Under the pieces are notes generated by a model, which worked only from the letters and a program-made list of their open reading frames with translations, searched no databases and was not told the DNA's origin. A program made the position numbers and the translations under genes. From an uncultured Candidatus Saccharibacteria bacterium (GTDB taxonomy: Bacteria > Patescibacteriota > Saccharimonadia > Saccharimonadales > JACDBH01), in the NCBI GenBank assembly GCA_964644965.1, contig CAZXYN010000003.1, positions 35,742-99,741 on the forward strand: a stretch of DNA of 64,000 nt, in the 5' to 3' direction. How positions within the stretch are numbered: the first letter of the stretch is position 1; the number at the start of each line of letters is the position of its first letter. Below are positions 1 through 9,008 of this stretch, piece after piece.

Positions 1-275
1 GCCTCGTAGGTTATGTCATAAACACCGGTGCTGGCATTGTTGTAGGCACCGTTTTTTTCGAATTCTGCCTGGAATAAGCGTGCTTTGGGGTATTTTTCAT
101 TGGCACCGAGTAGCACATGTTCCATGATATGCGGTGTCTCCCACTTGGCAGGATCTACCAGATACTCGCCGGCTCGAAAATTGAATTCGAACGTCATAAC
201 GCTAGCATCAGGAATATCAATCAATAGTCCTTCTGCGCCATTTTCCAGTACTACTTTTTCAACGGTATGTTTCAT
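1..275 (-). CDS. M16-family (pitrilysin/insulinase-like) zinc peptidase, N-terminal 91 codons; gene continues beyond the window start
   Basis: Not in the supplied ORF track because there is no stop inside the window. My reverse-strand translation from ATG at 275-273 gives MKHTVEKVVLENGAEGLLIDIPDASVMTFEFNFRAGEYLVDPAKWETPHIMEHVLLGANEKYPKARLFQAEFEKNGAYNNASTGVYDITYE. It contains the inverted zinc motif HxxEH (HIMEH) typical of family M16. The + ORF 85..282 is its antisense shadow. Confidence 0.7.
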   Translation of the reverse strand, partial: MKHTVEKVVLENGAEGLLIDIPDASVMTFEFNFRAGEYLVDPAKWETPHIMEHVLLGANEKYPKARLFQAEFEKNGAYNNASTGVYDITYE

Positions 276-280
276 AATCT

Positions 281-359
281 AGATCTTAGTTCTTAGATCT
301 TAGTTCTTAGATTCTAAGGGAATCAGCCCCTAAGATCTAAGAACTATCGTCTAAGATCT
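281..359. repeat. Intergenic tandem plus inverted repeat between secA and the M16 peptidase gene
   Basis: The 14-bp unit agatcttagttctt occurs at 281-294 and 295-308, with a partial third copy. The inverted partner ccctaagatctaagaact (328-345) pairs with agttcttagat..ggg (302-320) to give an imperfect ~15-bp hairpin. AGATCT occurs four times. Confidence 0.8.
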
Positions 360-2973
360 ATCTTCGTTTTTTGCCTTTCTTGCGGTTTTTGCGTTCGGCT
401 TTACGCTTTTGTTGCTTTTTGGCTTTTGTTACAACTGGCTTCGTAGCCGCACCCCTTGTCTTTACTGATGCATTAAAATCTTCTTCACCAAAGCTATCTG
501 CTTCGATAATCTTATCAGCATTGTCTACAGAAGAACGCGCAGCCTTGGTAAGCTCAGTTTCAATTGGGCGGTTGAGCTCACTCTCTGCGACTGGTCGGGC
601 ATGGAAAATGCTTCTGAGCACATCATGCCTGAGCGTATTTTGCATTTCTTCGAATAGCACTTGTGATTGACGTCGATATTCTACCAACGGGTCACGCTGA
701 CCAACGCTCAGCCAGTGAATTCCCTCGCGCAAATGATCCATACTCTCAAGGTGCTGCATCCACAGATTATCAAGTACTTGCAGGTAAATATCACGTTCTA
801 CTTTGCGTAAGATTTCAGGACCAAAGGCAGCCTCACGGCCATCGTATAATGCCTCAACTTCTTTGATGAATGCTGCTTCAAATTTTTCTGAATCAGTATC
901 AAATAGCTTGTCGAGTGTTGTGTCGTCTAGTGGGAATACCTCTGTTAGAATCGCTTCAAATTTGTCGGTCAGTGATTCTGGCGATGCGGTTAGAGATTTC
1001 ACCTCTTCTTCTACGAATACTTTTATTCGCTTACTAATATCGGCCTGGAGTAGAATCTCACGTCGCATTGCATAAATTGCTTTACGGTGGCGGTTCATTA
1101 CATCGTCGTACTGGACAACGTTCTTACGGGTGTCAAAGTTAAAGCCTTCGACCTTTTTCTGAGCCGATTCAAGACTCTTGCTGATAAGACGGTTTTCGAT
1201 AGGCGTGTCGTCATCAACTTTTAGGCGTTCCATGAGGGTGCCTATCCGATCGCCACCAAAAACACGCATCAGTTCATCCTCTGTACTTACGAAGAATTGA
1301 GTTGCTCCAGGATCACCTTGTCGGCCGGTACGACCACGAAGCTGATTATCTATACGGCGTGATTCGTGTCGCTCAGATCCAAGCACGAACAAACCACCAA
1401 GCTTTTGGACTCCCTTGCCGAGTACAATGTCGGTACCACGACCAGCGATGTTGGTCGCCAACGTAACTGCGCCCTTTTGTCCAGCTTCGGCAACAATCGA
1501 AGCTTCACGCTCGTTATTCTTAGCGTTAAGCATTTCGTGTTTGATGCCGGCTTTTTTGAGTGACTTTGAAAGCAACTCATTTTTATCGATAGATCCACTA
1601 CCAATCAAGACTGGCTGGCCCTTCTTATGGAGCTTCTCGACCTCTTTGATAATGGCGTTGAATTTGCCAGCCTCTGTCTTATAGATACGATCTGGTCGGT
1701 CTTCACGAATATTTTTACGATTTGATGGAACCTCTACTACATCAAGTTTATAGATTTGGTGGAACTCTTCGCTCTCAGTTGTAGCCGTACCAGTCATGCC
1801 AGATAGCTTGTCGTACAGGCGGAAAAGGTTCTGGAAACTGATAGTTGCCAGTGTCATTGACTCTTCCTGGACATCTACGCCCTCCTTAGCTTCGATTGCC
1901 TGGTGCAAACCTTCGTTATAGCGGCGTCCGCGCAGCAAACGCCCGGTGAATTGGTCGACAATCACGATTTCGCCATCGGTGCTAATCACATAATCTTTGT
2001 CTCGCTTAAACAGCAGCTGGGCTTTCAACGCCTGATCAAGGTGATAGATATTGCGAATGTGTTCTGTAGAATATAGATCCTTGATGCCTAGTATTTTTTC
2101 GATTTTTTCGACACCGCTATCTGTCAAGATTACGCTTTTGCGCTTCTCGTCGATTTCATAATGATCAGGTTTGAGCTGACGAACAACCTTAGAGAATTGA
2201 CCATAGCTAGCACCAGAAGCAGTCGCCGGAGCAGAAATAATCAGTGGCGTACGAGCTTCGTCGATCAAAATGGAGTCTACCTCGTCAACAATCGCAAAGT
2301 GTAATTCGCGCTGTCGAAGCTGTTCGGTCTCACGAACCATATTATCGCGCAGGTAATCAAAACCAAATTCGTTGTTTGTACCGTAAGTAATATCTGCCTT
2401 ATAAGCTTCTTGTCTAGAACATGGCTTTAGGTGGCGGAATCGCTTGTCTTCGTGCTCTTCGTTAGTGTATTTTGGGTCGTATATATAGGAGTGGTCAGGA
2501 ATAATCACGCCGACGCTCAGACCAAGAAAACTATAGACCTCTGCCATCCAGCCAGCGTCACGCTGCACAAGATAGTCGTTGACTGTTACTAGGTGAATAC
2601 CCTTGCCTGTCAGCGCGTTCAGGTAGACTGGCAGCGTCGCGACCAAAGTCTTACCTTCACCGGTTTTCATCTCGGCGACTTTGCCCTCGTGCAAGACCAT
2701 TCCACCTATCATCTGCACATCGAAGTGTCTCATACCAAGTGCGCGTTGCGAGGCTTCACGAACCAAGGCAAATGCATCAGGCAAAATTCCATCGAGTGTT
2801 TCCTTTTCGAGGCGTTTTTTTAGAACCGCCGTCTGCTCTTTGAGCTTCTTGTCGGTCATTTTTTTGTATTTTGGTTCAAGCTTGTTGATTACCGCTACTT
2901 GCTTGCGCATGCGCTTGAGCGTTTTTGCTTGCGGGTCACCCAATATCCGCTTCAGGTACTTGTTCTTCATCAA
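358..2973 (-). CDS. secA: Preprotein translocase ATPase SecA
   Basis: 871-aa ORF with Walker A MKTGEGKT and the DEAD-like box DEVDSILIDEARTPLIIS, and full-length SecA collinearity. The C-terminus is a Lys/Arg-rich tail lacking the usual Cys/His zinc motif. Confidence 0.97.
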   Translation of the reverse strand: MMKNKYLKRILGDPQAKTLKRMRKQVAVINKLEPKYKKMTDKKLKEQTAVLKKRLEKETLDGILPDAFALVREASQRALGMRHFDVQMIGGMVLHEGKVAEMKTGEGKTLVATLPVYLNALTGKGIHLVTVNDYLVQRDAGWMAEVYSFLGLSVGVIIPDHSYIYDPKYTNEEHEDKRFRHLKPCSRQEAYKADITYGTNNEFGFDYLRDNMVRETEQLRQRELHFAIVDEVDSILIDEARTPLIISAPATASGASYGQFSKVVRQLKPDHYEIDEKRKSVILTDSGVEKIEKILGIKDLYSTEHIRNIYHLDQALKAQLLFKRDKDYVISTDGEIVIVDQFTGRLLRGRRYNEGLHQAIEAKEGVDVQEESMTLATISFQNLFRLYDKLSGMTGTATTESEEFHQIYKLDVVEVPSNRKNIREDRPDRIYKTEAGKFNAIIKEVEKLHKKGQPVLIGSGSIDKNELLSKSLKKAGIKHEMLNAKNNEREASIVAEAGQKGAVTLATNIAGRGTDIVLGKGVQKLGGLFVLGSERHESRRIDNQLRGRTGRQGDPGATQFFVSTEDELMRVFGGDRIGTLMERLKVDDDTPIENRLISKSLESAQKKVEGFNFDTRKNVVQYDDVMNRHRKAIYAMRREILLQADISKRIKVFVEEEVKSLTASPESLTDKFEAILTEVFPLDDTTLDKLFDTDSEKFEAAFIKEVEALYDGREAAFGPEILRKVERDIYLQVLDNLWMQHLESMDHLREGIHWLSVGQRDPLVEYRRQSQVLFEEMQNTLRHDVLRSIFHARPVAESELNRPIETELTKAARSSVDNADKIIEADSFGEEDFNASVKTRGAATKPVVTKAKKQQKRKAERKNRKKGKKRR

Positions 2974-3081
2974 GTGTATAGCCTCTCGTGAAATTTGTAG
3001 TCAGTCAACATTGTACCACTGTTGTGGCCATTCAGTGTACCCCTGAAATGTGTTTTTGTGTTGTTATTTTTTCAGATAGAA

Positions 3082-3447
3082 TCAGACTTGGTTTGGATTC
3101 TTGCTACGGAAGCGGCTTGTAAGCCGACGATAGAACTTGGGATTATTGTGCTTTTCTTTGTATTTTTTGAGCTGATTTTGCAACTTGGCATCGATAATAT
3201 CGATGGCGGCATACATGTTTAGCGTAGACTCTTTGGCCGTCAGTGTCTCGTGTGGCAAGTGCATGATTGCCTCTGCTGTATACTGATTATTTTTTTGTTT
3301 CTTGTTTTCTTTGAGCTTAACTTCTATATGCAGACTCTCGCGGGCATGCCTTGGTACATAGCGTTCTAGTTTGCCGATTGTCTTGGTAATGTATTTCTTG
3401 AGCTTTTCGTCAGTATCGACATGAACTCCTGTTATTTCCATTTTCAT
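3082..3447 (-). CDS. hpf: Ribosome hibernation promoting factor / RaiA-type (short form)
   Basis: 121-aa basic protein. The N-terminus MKMEITGVHVDTDEKLKKYITKTIGKLERY fits the S30EA/HPF pattern. Confidence 0.8.
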   Translation of the reverse strand: MKMEITGVHVDTDEKLKKYITKTIGKLERYVPRHARESLHIEVKLKENKKQKNNQYTAEAIMHLPHETLTAKESTLNMYAAIDIIDAKLQNQLKKYKEKHNNPKFYRRLTSRFRSKNPNQV

Positions 3448-3470
3448 AGAACCTCCTTTGTTTAGTTGGT

Positions 3471-4727
3471 CTACAGGACCTCTCGGCCACCAAGATAACT
3501 TCTTAAAACATCTGGTACACGCAGATTGCCATCTTCGGTTTGATAATTCTCAATGAGCGCAATCAATGAACGAGTAAATGCAACCGCCGTGCCATTGAGT
3601 GTATGCACGGTCTCAATTCGACCATCCTTGCGACGAACTCTAATGTTGAGGTTTCTGGCCTGAAAATCAGTACAATTACTGCAGCTGGTGAGTTCGCGGT
3701 AAGCGCCGTCTACCTTTGACCAATATTCGATGTCGTATTTTTTGGCGGCTGGCGCGCCCAAATCACCAGAGGCAATATTAATCACACGGTATGGAATTCC
3801 CAGCGATTGCCAGAGTTCTTCTTCGATTCCACGTAGTTGCTCGTGCATGTCCATGCTCTGTTCTGGCAGTGTAAAGGCATAGAGCTCTAACTTGTTGAAC
3901 TGGTGTACGCGGAATAGCCCGCGGGTGTGCTTGCCGGCCGCCCCGGCCTCACGGCGATACGACGGGCTGTAGCCAGCGTAGAGGGCTGGCAATCCATCTT
4001 CTTCGAATATTTCATCTGCGTGATAGCCGGTTAGTGGCATTTCAGCCGTCGCAATCAGCGACAAATCTTCACCGTCTATGTGGTATTCGTCACTTTGGTC
4101 GCTACTGCGCGGTGCAAAGCCTGTGCCAGCAGCTACCCTACTATTTACCATGTGCGGCACTGTCATGTAGCGGAAGCCTTTGGCTACGACAAACTGCAAC
4201 GCATATTGTAGTAGTGCGTTTTCTAGTAACGCCAAATCACCTTGTAAGAAGTAAAATTTAGGACCAGCAACCTTGGTGCCACGTTCGAAATCCACCCAAT
4301 TTTTGCGAGTAGCAAAGTCTAGGTGATCTTCTGCGCCGGTAGTCTTGTCACCAAAACTACCTACCTCAACACTAGCTGATTCGTCGCCAACCGGCACATC
4401 GTCAAACGTCATGTTAGGAATAGTTGCCAGTAAATCCTTCCAGGCAGCTTCGGTGCTAGATAGGTAAACTTCGCGCTCGGCTAGTTCGATTTTGATCTGT
4501 TTGCCCTCATCTATTTGAGCTTGTTCGGGTCTGCCTCCGCTGACAGCGGACTTCATTTTGTCGGCGTTTTCGTTTCTACGAGCCCGCAGTGATTCTACCT
4601 GTTGCAGTAGAGTTTTTCGTTCGTTGTCGAGTTCTAGTAGTCTTTCAATATCAACTTGGTAGCCCTTTTGAGCGGCTTTGGTCTTTACAATTTCTGGATT
4701 ATCCCGAATGTACTGAATATCTATCAT
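3471..4727 (-). CDS. serS: Seryl-tRNA synthetase
   Basis: 418 aa. N-terminal coiled-coil arm (MIDIQYIRDNPEIVKTKAAQKGY...) followed by a class II core (GLFRVHQFNKLELY). Confidence 0.96.
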   Translation of the reverse strand: MIDIQYIRDNPEIVKTKAAQKGYQVDIERLLELDNERKTLLQQVESLRARRNENADKMKSAVSGGRPEQAQIDEGKQIKIELAEREVYLSSTEAAWKDLLATIPNMTFDDVPVGDESASVEVGSFGDKTTGAEDHLDFATRKNWVDFERGTKVAGPKFYFLQGDLALLENALLQYALQFVVAKGFRYMTVPHMVNSRVAAGTGFAPRSSDQSDEYHIDGEDLSLIATAEMPLTGYHADEIFEEDGLPALYAGYSPSYRREAGAAGKHTRGLFRVHQFNKLELYAFTLPEQSMDMHEQLRGIEEELWQSLGIPYRVINIASGDLGAPAAKKYDIEYWSKVDGAYRELTSCSNCTDFQARNLNIRVRRKDGRIETVHTLNGTAVAFTRSLIALIENYQTEDGNLRVPDVLRSYLGGREVL

Positions 4728-4816
4728 GTCTATATTATACGCTGTTCATCTGCGTTTTTTAGTATATTTTTAATTGATAGTCTACTCTTTGGAAAATGAT
4801 TACGATTTCTTTCCAC

Positions 4817-5317
4817 TCATCTATAGGTGACTGTATAAGTTACATAATAACGTTCTGTTTTCTTAGAAGCATTTATTTCCAAATCCAATGAACCCTTTTT
4901 CGCGTATATATAAACTTCGTCCTTGGCCCCAAAATCGTACTCAGGGCCATCTACTTCATAACCTTCTTGTTTCAAATAATCAACCATGCCACCAATAGAG
5001 CTATCTGCTTCTTTTATATCTAAGTACATTGATCCATGCACATTGGAGCACTGGGGTATACACATAAAGTTTATACTGGGATTCCGCCCACCTGGTTTAT
5101 TAATTGCTCCTGGGTAAGATCGTACGAAATCGCTCCCAGAAATCAGTTGTCGCTCTACCCAAATTGGATAAATAGATACTAGGATAGTCAACAGAACAAT
5201 CGGAAGAATAATCAGCCTAGCCCACAACGGAATTTGTTTTATAGCATTCTTGGTGCTTCTTAGCGTTTTCATGATAATACTATTGTTATTTTCCTTGTTG
5301 TATTTTGAGATTTTCAT
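4817..5317 (-). CDS. Hypothetical membrane-anchored protein
   Basis: 166 aa with one predicted TM helix (LWARLIILPIVLLTILVSIYPIW). Its start directly abuts the stop of the upstream nuclease gene (5318/5317), so the two are probably co-transcribed. No family recognised. Confidence 0.5.
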   Translation of the reverse strand: MKISKYNKENNNSIIMKTLRSTKNAIKQIPLWARLIILPIVLLTILVSIYPIWVERQLISGSDFVRSYPGAINKPGGRNPSINFMCIPQCSNVHGSMYLDIKEADSSIGGMVDYLKQEGYEVDGPEYDFGAKDEVYIYAKKGSLDLEINASKKTERYYVTYTVTYR

Positions 5318-6097
5318 TTATTTCCTTTTCTGGACTGCTTCCAGAGTTAATTTGGTGCGAGATTTTGCATATTCACAGAAATCACATGGTCCACCCATAG
5401 CGGCATTACCGACTGCTGGCATGCTATCGCTGTCCATACACTTTTTCATTTTCTTAAGCGTTGGTTCAATCCATTTGTCACTACCTGTGTATGGAATAAT
5501 TTTGGTACGGAACTCTACCCTATCATTAAACCCATCCAAATCCATTCGCCCGTTGGCATAAACAAAATAGCCTGTGTCGCTAACGCTAAAGCCGTTCTGG
5601 CGCAGCAGCCATTGATATACCTCTAGCTGACGTTTGTATGAAATCTGCCAGTCCGAATCTATCGAAACTTCTCTGTCTTTAGACGTAGCCTTGTAGTCAA
5701 CCACAATCAGATTGCCGTCATTATCCGCCCAGACGTCATCTAGCCCACCAAAAATATGCAAGTTGGTTGGTTCGTGCAGAGCCGTAACACCGACAAATGT
5801 TTCGCGCCAGGTATCTAGCTGTTCATGCTCAAAAGGTATGGCATCTACATCAAACTCTACCATCAGAGGATGTGGTTTTTTCTCCGAACGGTATTTATCA
5901 AACTCTTTCTTGAAAAGCTCGTCGATTGTCTTGTTGATATTAAACGGTGGGCCGCTCGGGCGCTTAATCTTGAGCCGAACATCTAACCAAAAGCAGCGCG
6001 GACACTGCATGTATAGTTCTATCTTGCTGCGACTGACCTTGAACGGTGTTTTTTGCCCAGGTGTATATGGTTTGTTTCGTTCCTGCCAATAGCTCAT
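5318..6097 (-). CDS. PD-(D/E)XK nuclease, Cas4/RecB-like (stand-alone)
   Basis: 259 aa. Nuclease core GGLDD...LIVVDYKATSK and QxxxY motif (QLEVYQWLL). Cysteines at the N-terminus (MQCPRCFW) and C-terminus (GPCDFCEY) are arranged as in Fe-S Cas4/AddB-type nucleases. Confidence 0.7.
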   Translation of the reverse strand: MSYWQERNKPYTPGQKTPFKVSRSKIELYMQCPRCFWLDVRLKIKRPSGPPFNINKTIDELFKKEFDKYRSEKKPHPLMVEFDVDAIPFEHEQLDTWRETFVGVTALHEPTNLHIFGGLDDVWADNDGNLIVVDYKATSKDREVSIDSDWQISYKRQLEVYQWLLRQNGFSVSDTGYFVYANGRMDLDGFNDRVEFRTKIIPYTGSDKWIEPTLKKMKKCMDSDSMPAVGNAAMGGPCDFCEYAKSRTKLTLEAVQKRK

Positions 6098-6190
6098 GTG
6101 AACTTATTGTAGCAGCTAAAGAATCTGACTTCGTTGTATAAAAGTTGTTTGTAAGAGATTTTGCCCCATAGCGAGCAAAGGATTAAGTCA

Positions 6191-6219
6191 AGTATACTAC
6201 TTATGCTTACTTTTGTCAA
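6191..6219 (-). promoter_or_regulatory. Sigma70-like promoter for the nuclease/membrane-protein pair
   Basis: Minus strand reads TTGACA (6219-6214), a 17-nt spacer, then TATACT (6196-6191), ~90 nt upstream of the ATG at 6097. Confidence 0.55.
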
Positions 6220-6230
6220 TAAGCGTGAGG

Positions 6231-6324
6231 GTATCTACGCTTTCTGTCAAAAGGTTGAGCAAGCGCCACAGGCTATGCCGGGAGCATACCTGTAAAGCGC
6301 CCTTTTGATAGAGAGTGTAGATAC
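6231..6324 (-). other. Extended imperfect hairpin immediately 3' of rsmE
   Basis: Nested complementary segments: gtatctac (6231-6238) with gtagatac (6317-6324); ctgtcaaaagg with ccttttgatag; acagg-c-tatgc / gcata-cctgt around the loop cggga. No U-tract follows on the minus strand. Confidence 0.5.
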
Positions 6325-6330
6325 ACCTTG

Positions 6331-7029
6331 CTACAAAAGTTTGGTAATGGCGGCTACGGCGGCGGTTTCGGCGCGCAGTGTCAGTTTGCCAAGGTGCAAG
6401 CTGCCAAAGCCGGCTGATTTGAACTGGTTTAGCTCTTCGTCTGTCCAGCCGCCTTCCGGACCGATGAAGACACCAAGGGCGTCTTCAATATTTGATATTT
6501 GATACCTGATACCTGATAGAGATTCATCTGCGACAAGCAGGTGGACTTTACCCTTATACTCTGCCAGTGCTGTATCTAGCTGCAGTGGTTCACGGACGTG
6601 CGGGATGTCGCTGCGGCCGCATTGTTCGGCGGCTTCGATAATAATCTTTTTGGCGCGGTCTAGATTGAAGCCGGTTTTTTCGCTCCTATCGGCAATGACA
6701 GGTACAAAATTGCGCACACCTAGCTCTGTACATTTTTGTAGCACCCATTCGTTCTTGTCCTTTTTTAGCAGGCTAAAGAATAGGTACATGTGTTTTTCTG
6801 GCAGCTTCCGTTCGAGTTCTGTAACCATTTCTAGCTTGACGCCGTCTGGTTCATTACGGGTGATGCGATACAGCCTGTCCTCTGTAGTGCCGTTGAATAG
6901 CACGAGTTCACTGCCCTCGCGGAAGCGCAGCACTCGTAACCACTGATTGAGTAGTGCGGGGTCGTGCACCCAGAATTCGTGGGTCAGTTCGATGGAGTCT
7001 GGATGGATGTAGAAACGGTGGAGTCTCAT
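6331..7029 (-). CDS. rsmE: 16S rRNA (uracil1498-N3)-methyltransferase RsmE
   Basis: 232 aa. N-terminal MRLHRFYI... PUA-like start and C-terminal GPEGGW motif typical of RsmE. Confidence 0.88.
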   Translation of the reverse strand: MRLHRFYIHPDSIELTHEFWVHDPALLNQWLRVLRFREGSELVLFNGTTEDRLYRITRNEPDGVKLEMVTELERKLPEKHMYLFFSLLKKDKNEWVLQKCTELGVRNFVPVIADRSEKTGFNLDRAKKIIIEAAEQCGRSDIPHVREPLQLDTALAEYKGKVHLLVADESLSGIRYQISNIEDALGVFIGPEGGWTDEELNQFKSAGFGSLHLGKLTLRAETAAVAAITKLL

Positions 7030-7126
7030 CCCGTTAGTTCTCCTCTACTGACAGAAAGACGTTGGATAGAGTAAATATTTATGTATCCCTCAAGCGCCTC
7101 CTTGACGTATCGTGAACTTACAGGAC

Positions 7127-7756
7127 TCACTTTTTCTTCCTCTCTGGCAGGTCTAGGAGCTGTTTTGGATCATCAATCAGATAAGTTGGGCGCTGTTTCT
7201 TGAGAATCTTGGCAGAATTAAAGCCCCAGGTAACAGAAACGACTTTGATTAGAGCTAGTTTAGCGGCTTTGACATCGCGAGTCTCATCACCAACATACAG
7301 GCTATCGCGGCGCTTGAGTTTGTTGCGCTTCATTAAGCGGCGGATTGATTTTGACTTGTTAAAAATACTAGCACTGGTGGCAATGTCCTCAAAAAACCCA
7401 TCTAGATTTTGGTTGATGAGAAAATTGTCTACACTTTCGCGGGTATTGGACGTAACAATAAACAAACTATCACCTCTGTTATAAAGCTCCCGAATAACAT
7501 CCGGCACACCCTCGCACGGCTTAAGCTCTGAGGACATTGCATGGAAGTCTGGCATGCCTTGGGTGATAAGCTTCGGCACCTGCCACCAGCGAACACCAGC
7601 GCTCTTGATCGCCTGGCGCGATGTCATGCCGCGAAAGGCGTGGATTTCCTCTGTTGTCAGCGGCTCGGTATTGCCACGGATAGTCTTATTAAACACGGCG
7701 ATAAATAGCGGCATACTATCGGCAATTGTGCCATCGAAATCGAAAATTACGTTCAT
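7127..7756 (-). CDS. HAD-superfamily hydrolase (phosphoglycolate phosphatase-like)
   Basis: 209 aa. Motif I FDFDGTIADS, and a later VGDETRD aspartate motif. Confidence 0.8.
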   Translation of the reverse strand: MNVIFDFDGTIADSMPLFIAVFNKTIRGNTEPLTTEEIHAFRGMTSRQAIKSAGVRWWQVPKLITQGMPDFHAMSSELKPCEGVPDVIRELYNRGDSLFIVTSNTRESVDNFLINQNLDGFFEDIATSASIFNKSKSIRRLMKRNKLKRRDSLYVGDETRDVKAAKLALIKVVSVTWGFNSAKILKKQRPTYLIDDPKQLLDLPERKKK

Positions 7757-7788
7757 CCCCTACAGTATACTGCAATCACCCCTGAAAA

Positions 7789-8286
7789 CTAGAGCTCTTT
7801 GTATGCAACGTGGCACATGCCGCGGCCGGTACGCTGCGCGAATTTCTGGTGATAGTCTTCGGCCGGCCAGAATTCACGGCCATATGCGATACGGGTTGCG
7901 ATTGGGTTATCAAAGTTCTTGCCGGCGGTAAGTTTTGCTTCTTCGGCCAGAGCTTTCTGTTCGTCATTTTGATAAAAAATTGACGATCTATACTGGGAAC
8001 CAATATCAGGACCTTGCCTGTCTACCTGGGTTGGATTGTGCATACGAAAAAAATGCTTTAACAGAATTTCGTAGCTAACAACCTCTGGATTAAAGATAAT
8101 TTTTACAGCCTCGGCGTGCCCAGTATCAGTGTTGCAGACTTGTTCATAGGTTGGATCTTTTGTCCGCCCGCCGCTGTAGCCAACTTGGGTCTCTAGCACA
8201 CCTGGAACTTGATCAAAATAATACTGCACGCCCCAGAAACATCCGGCCGCAAACACCGCCGTCTCAGGAGTGTATACTTCTTTCAC
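7789..8286 (-). CDS. msrA: Peptide methionine (S)-sulfoxide reductase MsrA
   Basis: 165 aa with the catalytic GCFWGV motif near the N-terminus. Confidence 0.95.
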   Translation of the reverse strand: MKEVYTPETAVFAAGCFWGVQYYFDQVPGVLETQVGYSGGRTKDPTYEQVCNTDTGHAEAVKIIFNPEVVSYEILLKHFFRMHNPTQVDRQGPDIGSQYRSSIFYQNDEQKALAEEAKLTAGKNFDNPIATRIAYGREFWPAEDYHQKFAQRTGRGMCHVAYKEL

Positions 8287-8287
8287 C

Positions 8288-8602
8288 CTACTCCTCTACT
8301 GCAACATCTTTCCAAAAGGCGATGTAGTTACTAAAGTCTTTTTTGACGATATCCAGCGCGCCAGGCAACGGGTTTGGGTAAGACCAGGCGCCATCTTTGC
8401 TCCAGTCCTCTCCGCTGGACAGCGGATTACCGACATCAAAATACTGGCAATCGCCCTTCCACGGACAGTGGTATGGTGTGTCGGATTTTTTCAAGAATTG
8501 TTGACTGACGCTGGCTGGCGGAAAATACCAGTTACCCTCGATATAAATCAGATCGTCTTTGCCTGCCTCAGCCACTACGTGACCTTTCCAGATTGCCTTC
8601 AT
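8288..8602 (-). CDS. DUF427-like small protein
   Basis: 104 aa. MKAIWKGHVVAEAGKDDLIYIEGNWYFPP and CPWKGDCQYFD resemble the DUF427 pattern as I recall it. Its stop abuts the msrA start. Confidence 0.6.
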   Translation of the reverse strand: MKAIWKGHVVAEAGKDDLIYIEGNWYFPPASVSQQFLKKSDTPYHCPWKGDCQYFDVGNPLSSGEDWSKDGAWSYPNPLPGALDIVKKDFSNYIAFWKDVAVEE

Positions 8603-8642
8603 GTCATATTCCCTTCGTTGGTCCTTCTATCGTAACACTTGC

Positions 8643-9005
8643 TCAAACAACTTGGCGAAAATAACCGAGAATATGTTGCTCAAAGTCACTGATTTCTGTA
8701 ATCGCTGCTCGTTCTCTGTAAATCTTGAAGTTCATCTCTAGGCTGTCATCTAGGTAGATGACACCGAATTCTGCGCTTTTTATTTTTAGGTCGCCCCGCT
8801 CTAATGTTACCCGGCAGATTGAGTTGAGAGCCACATGTCCTTCATCAATAACTTCTTTAAAAAGCCTCTCCTCTGCCTCACCACGAATAGCGGAGTATCC
8901 TTTTTCGGCAAATATCCCAGCCAGCTCAAAGACTTCGGCAACATCTTTCGGCACTTTTCTTCTTGTAAATATGTTTAGACTGGGTCGTTCGATTTGGCTC
9001 AACAT
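8643..9005 (-). CDS. Hypothetical protein
   Basis: 120-aa ORF lying 3 nt downstream of the lysS stop. No family recognised. Confidence 0.45.
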   Translation of the reverse strand: MLSQIERPSLNIFTRRKVPKDVAEVFELAGIFAEKGYSAIRGEAEERLFKEVIDEGHVALNSICRVTLERGDLKIKSAEFGVIYLDDSLEMNFKIYRERAAITEISDFEQHILGYFRQVV

Positions 9006-9008
9006 AAT

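Noticed and set aside
281-359. CRISPR array or mobile-element terminal repeats (also considered for the palindromes at 44524-45068)
   Set aside because: The repeats are contiguous, with no unique spacers. Only 2-3 units are present. No cas, transposase or integrase genes occur anywhere in the window.
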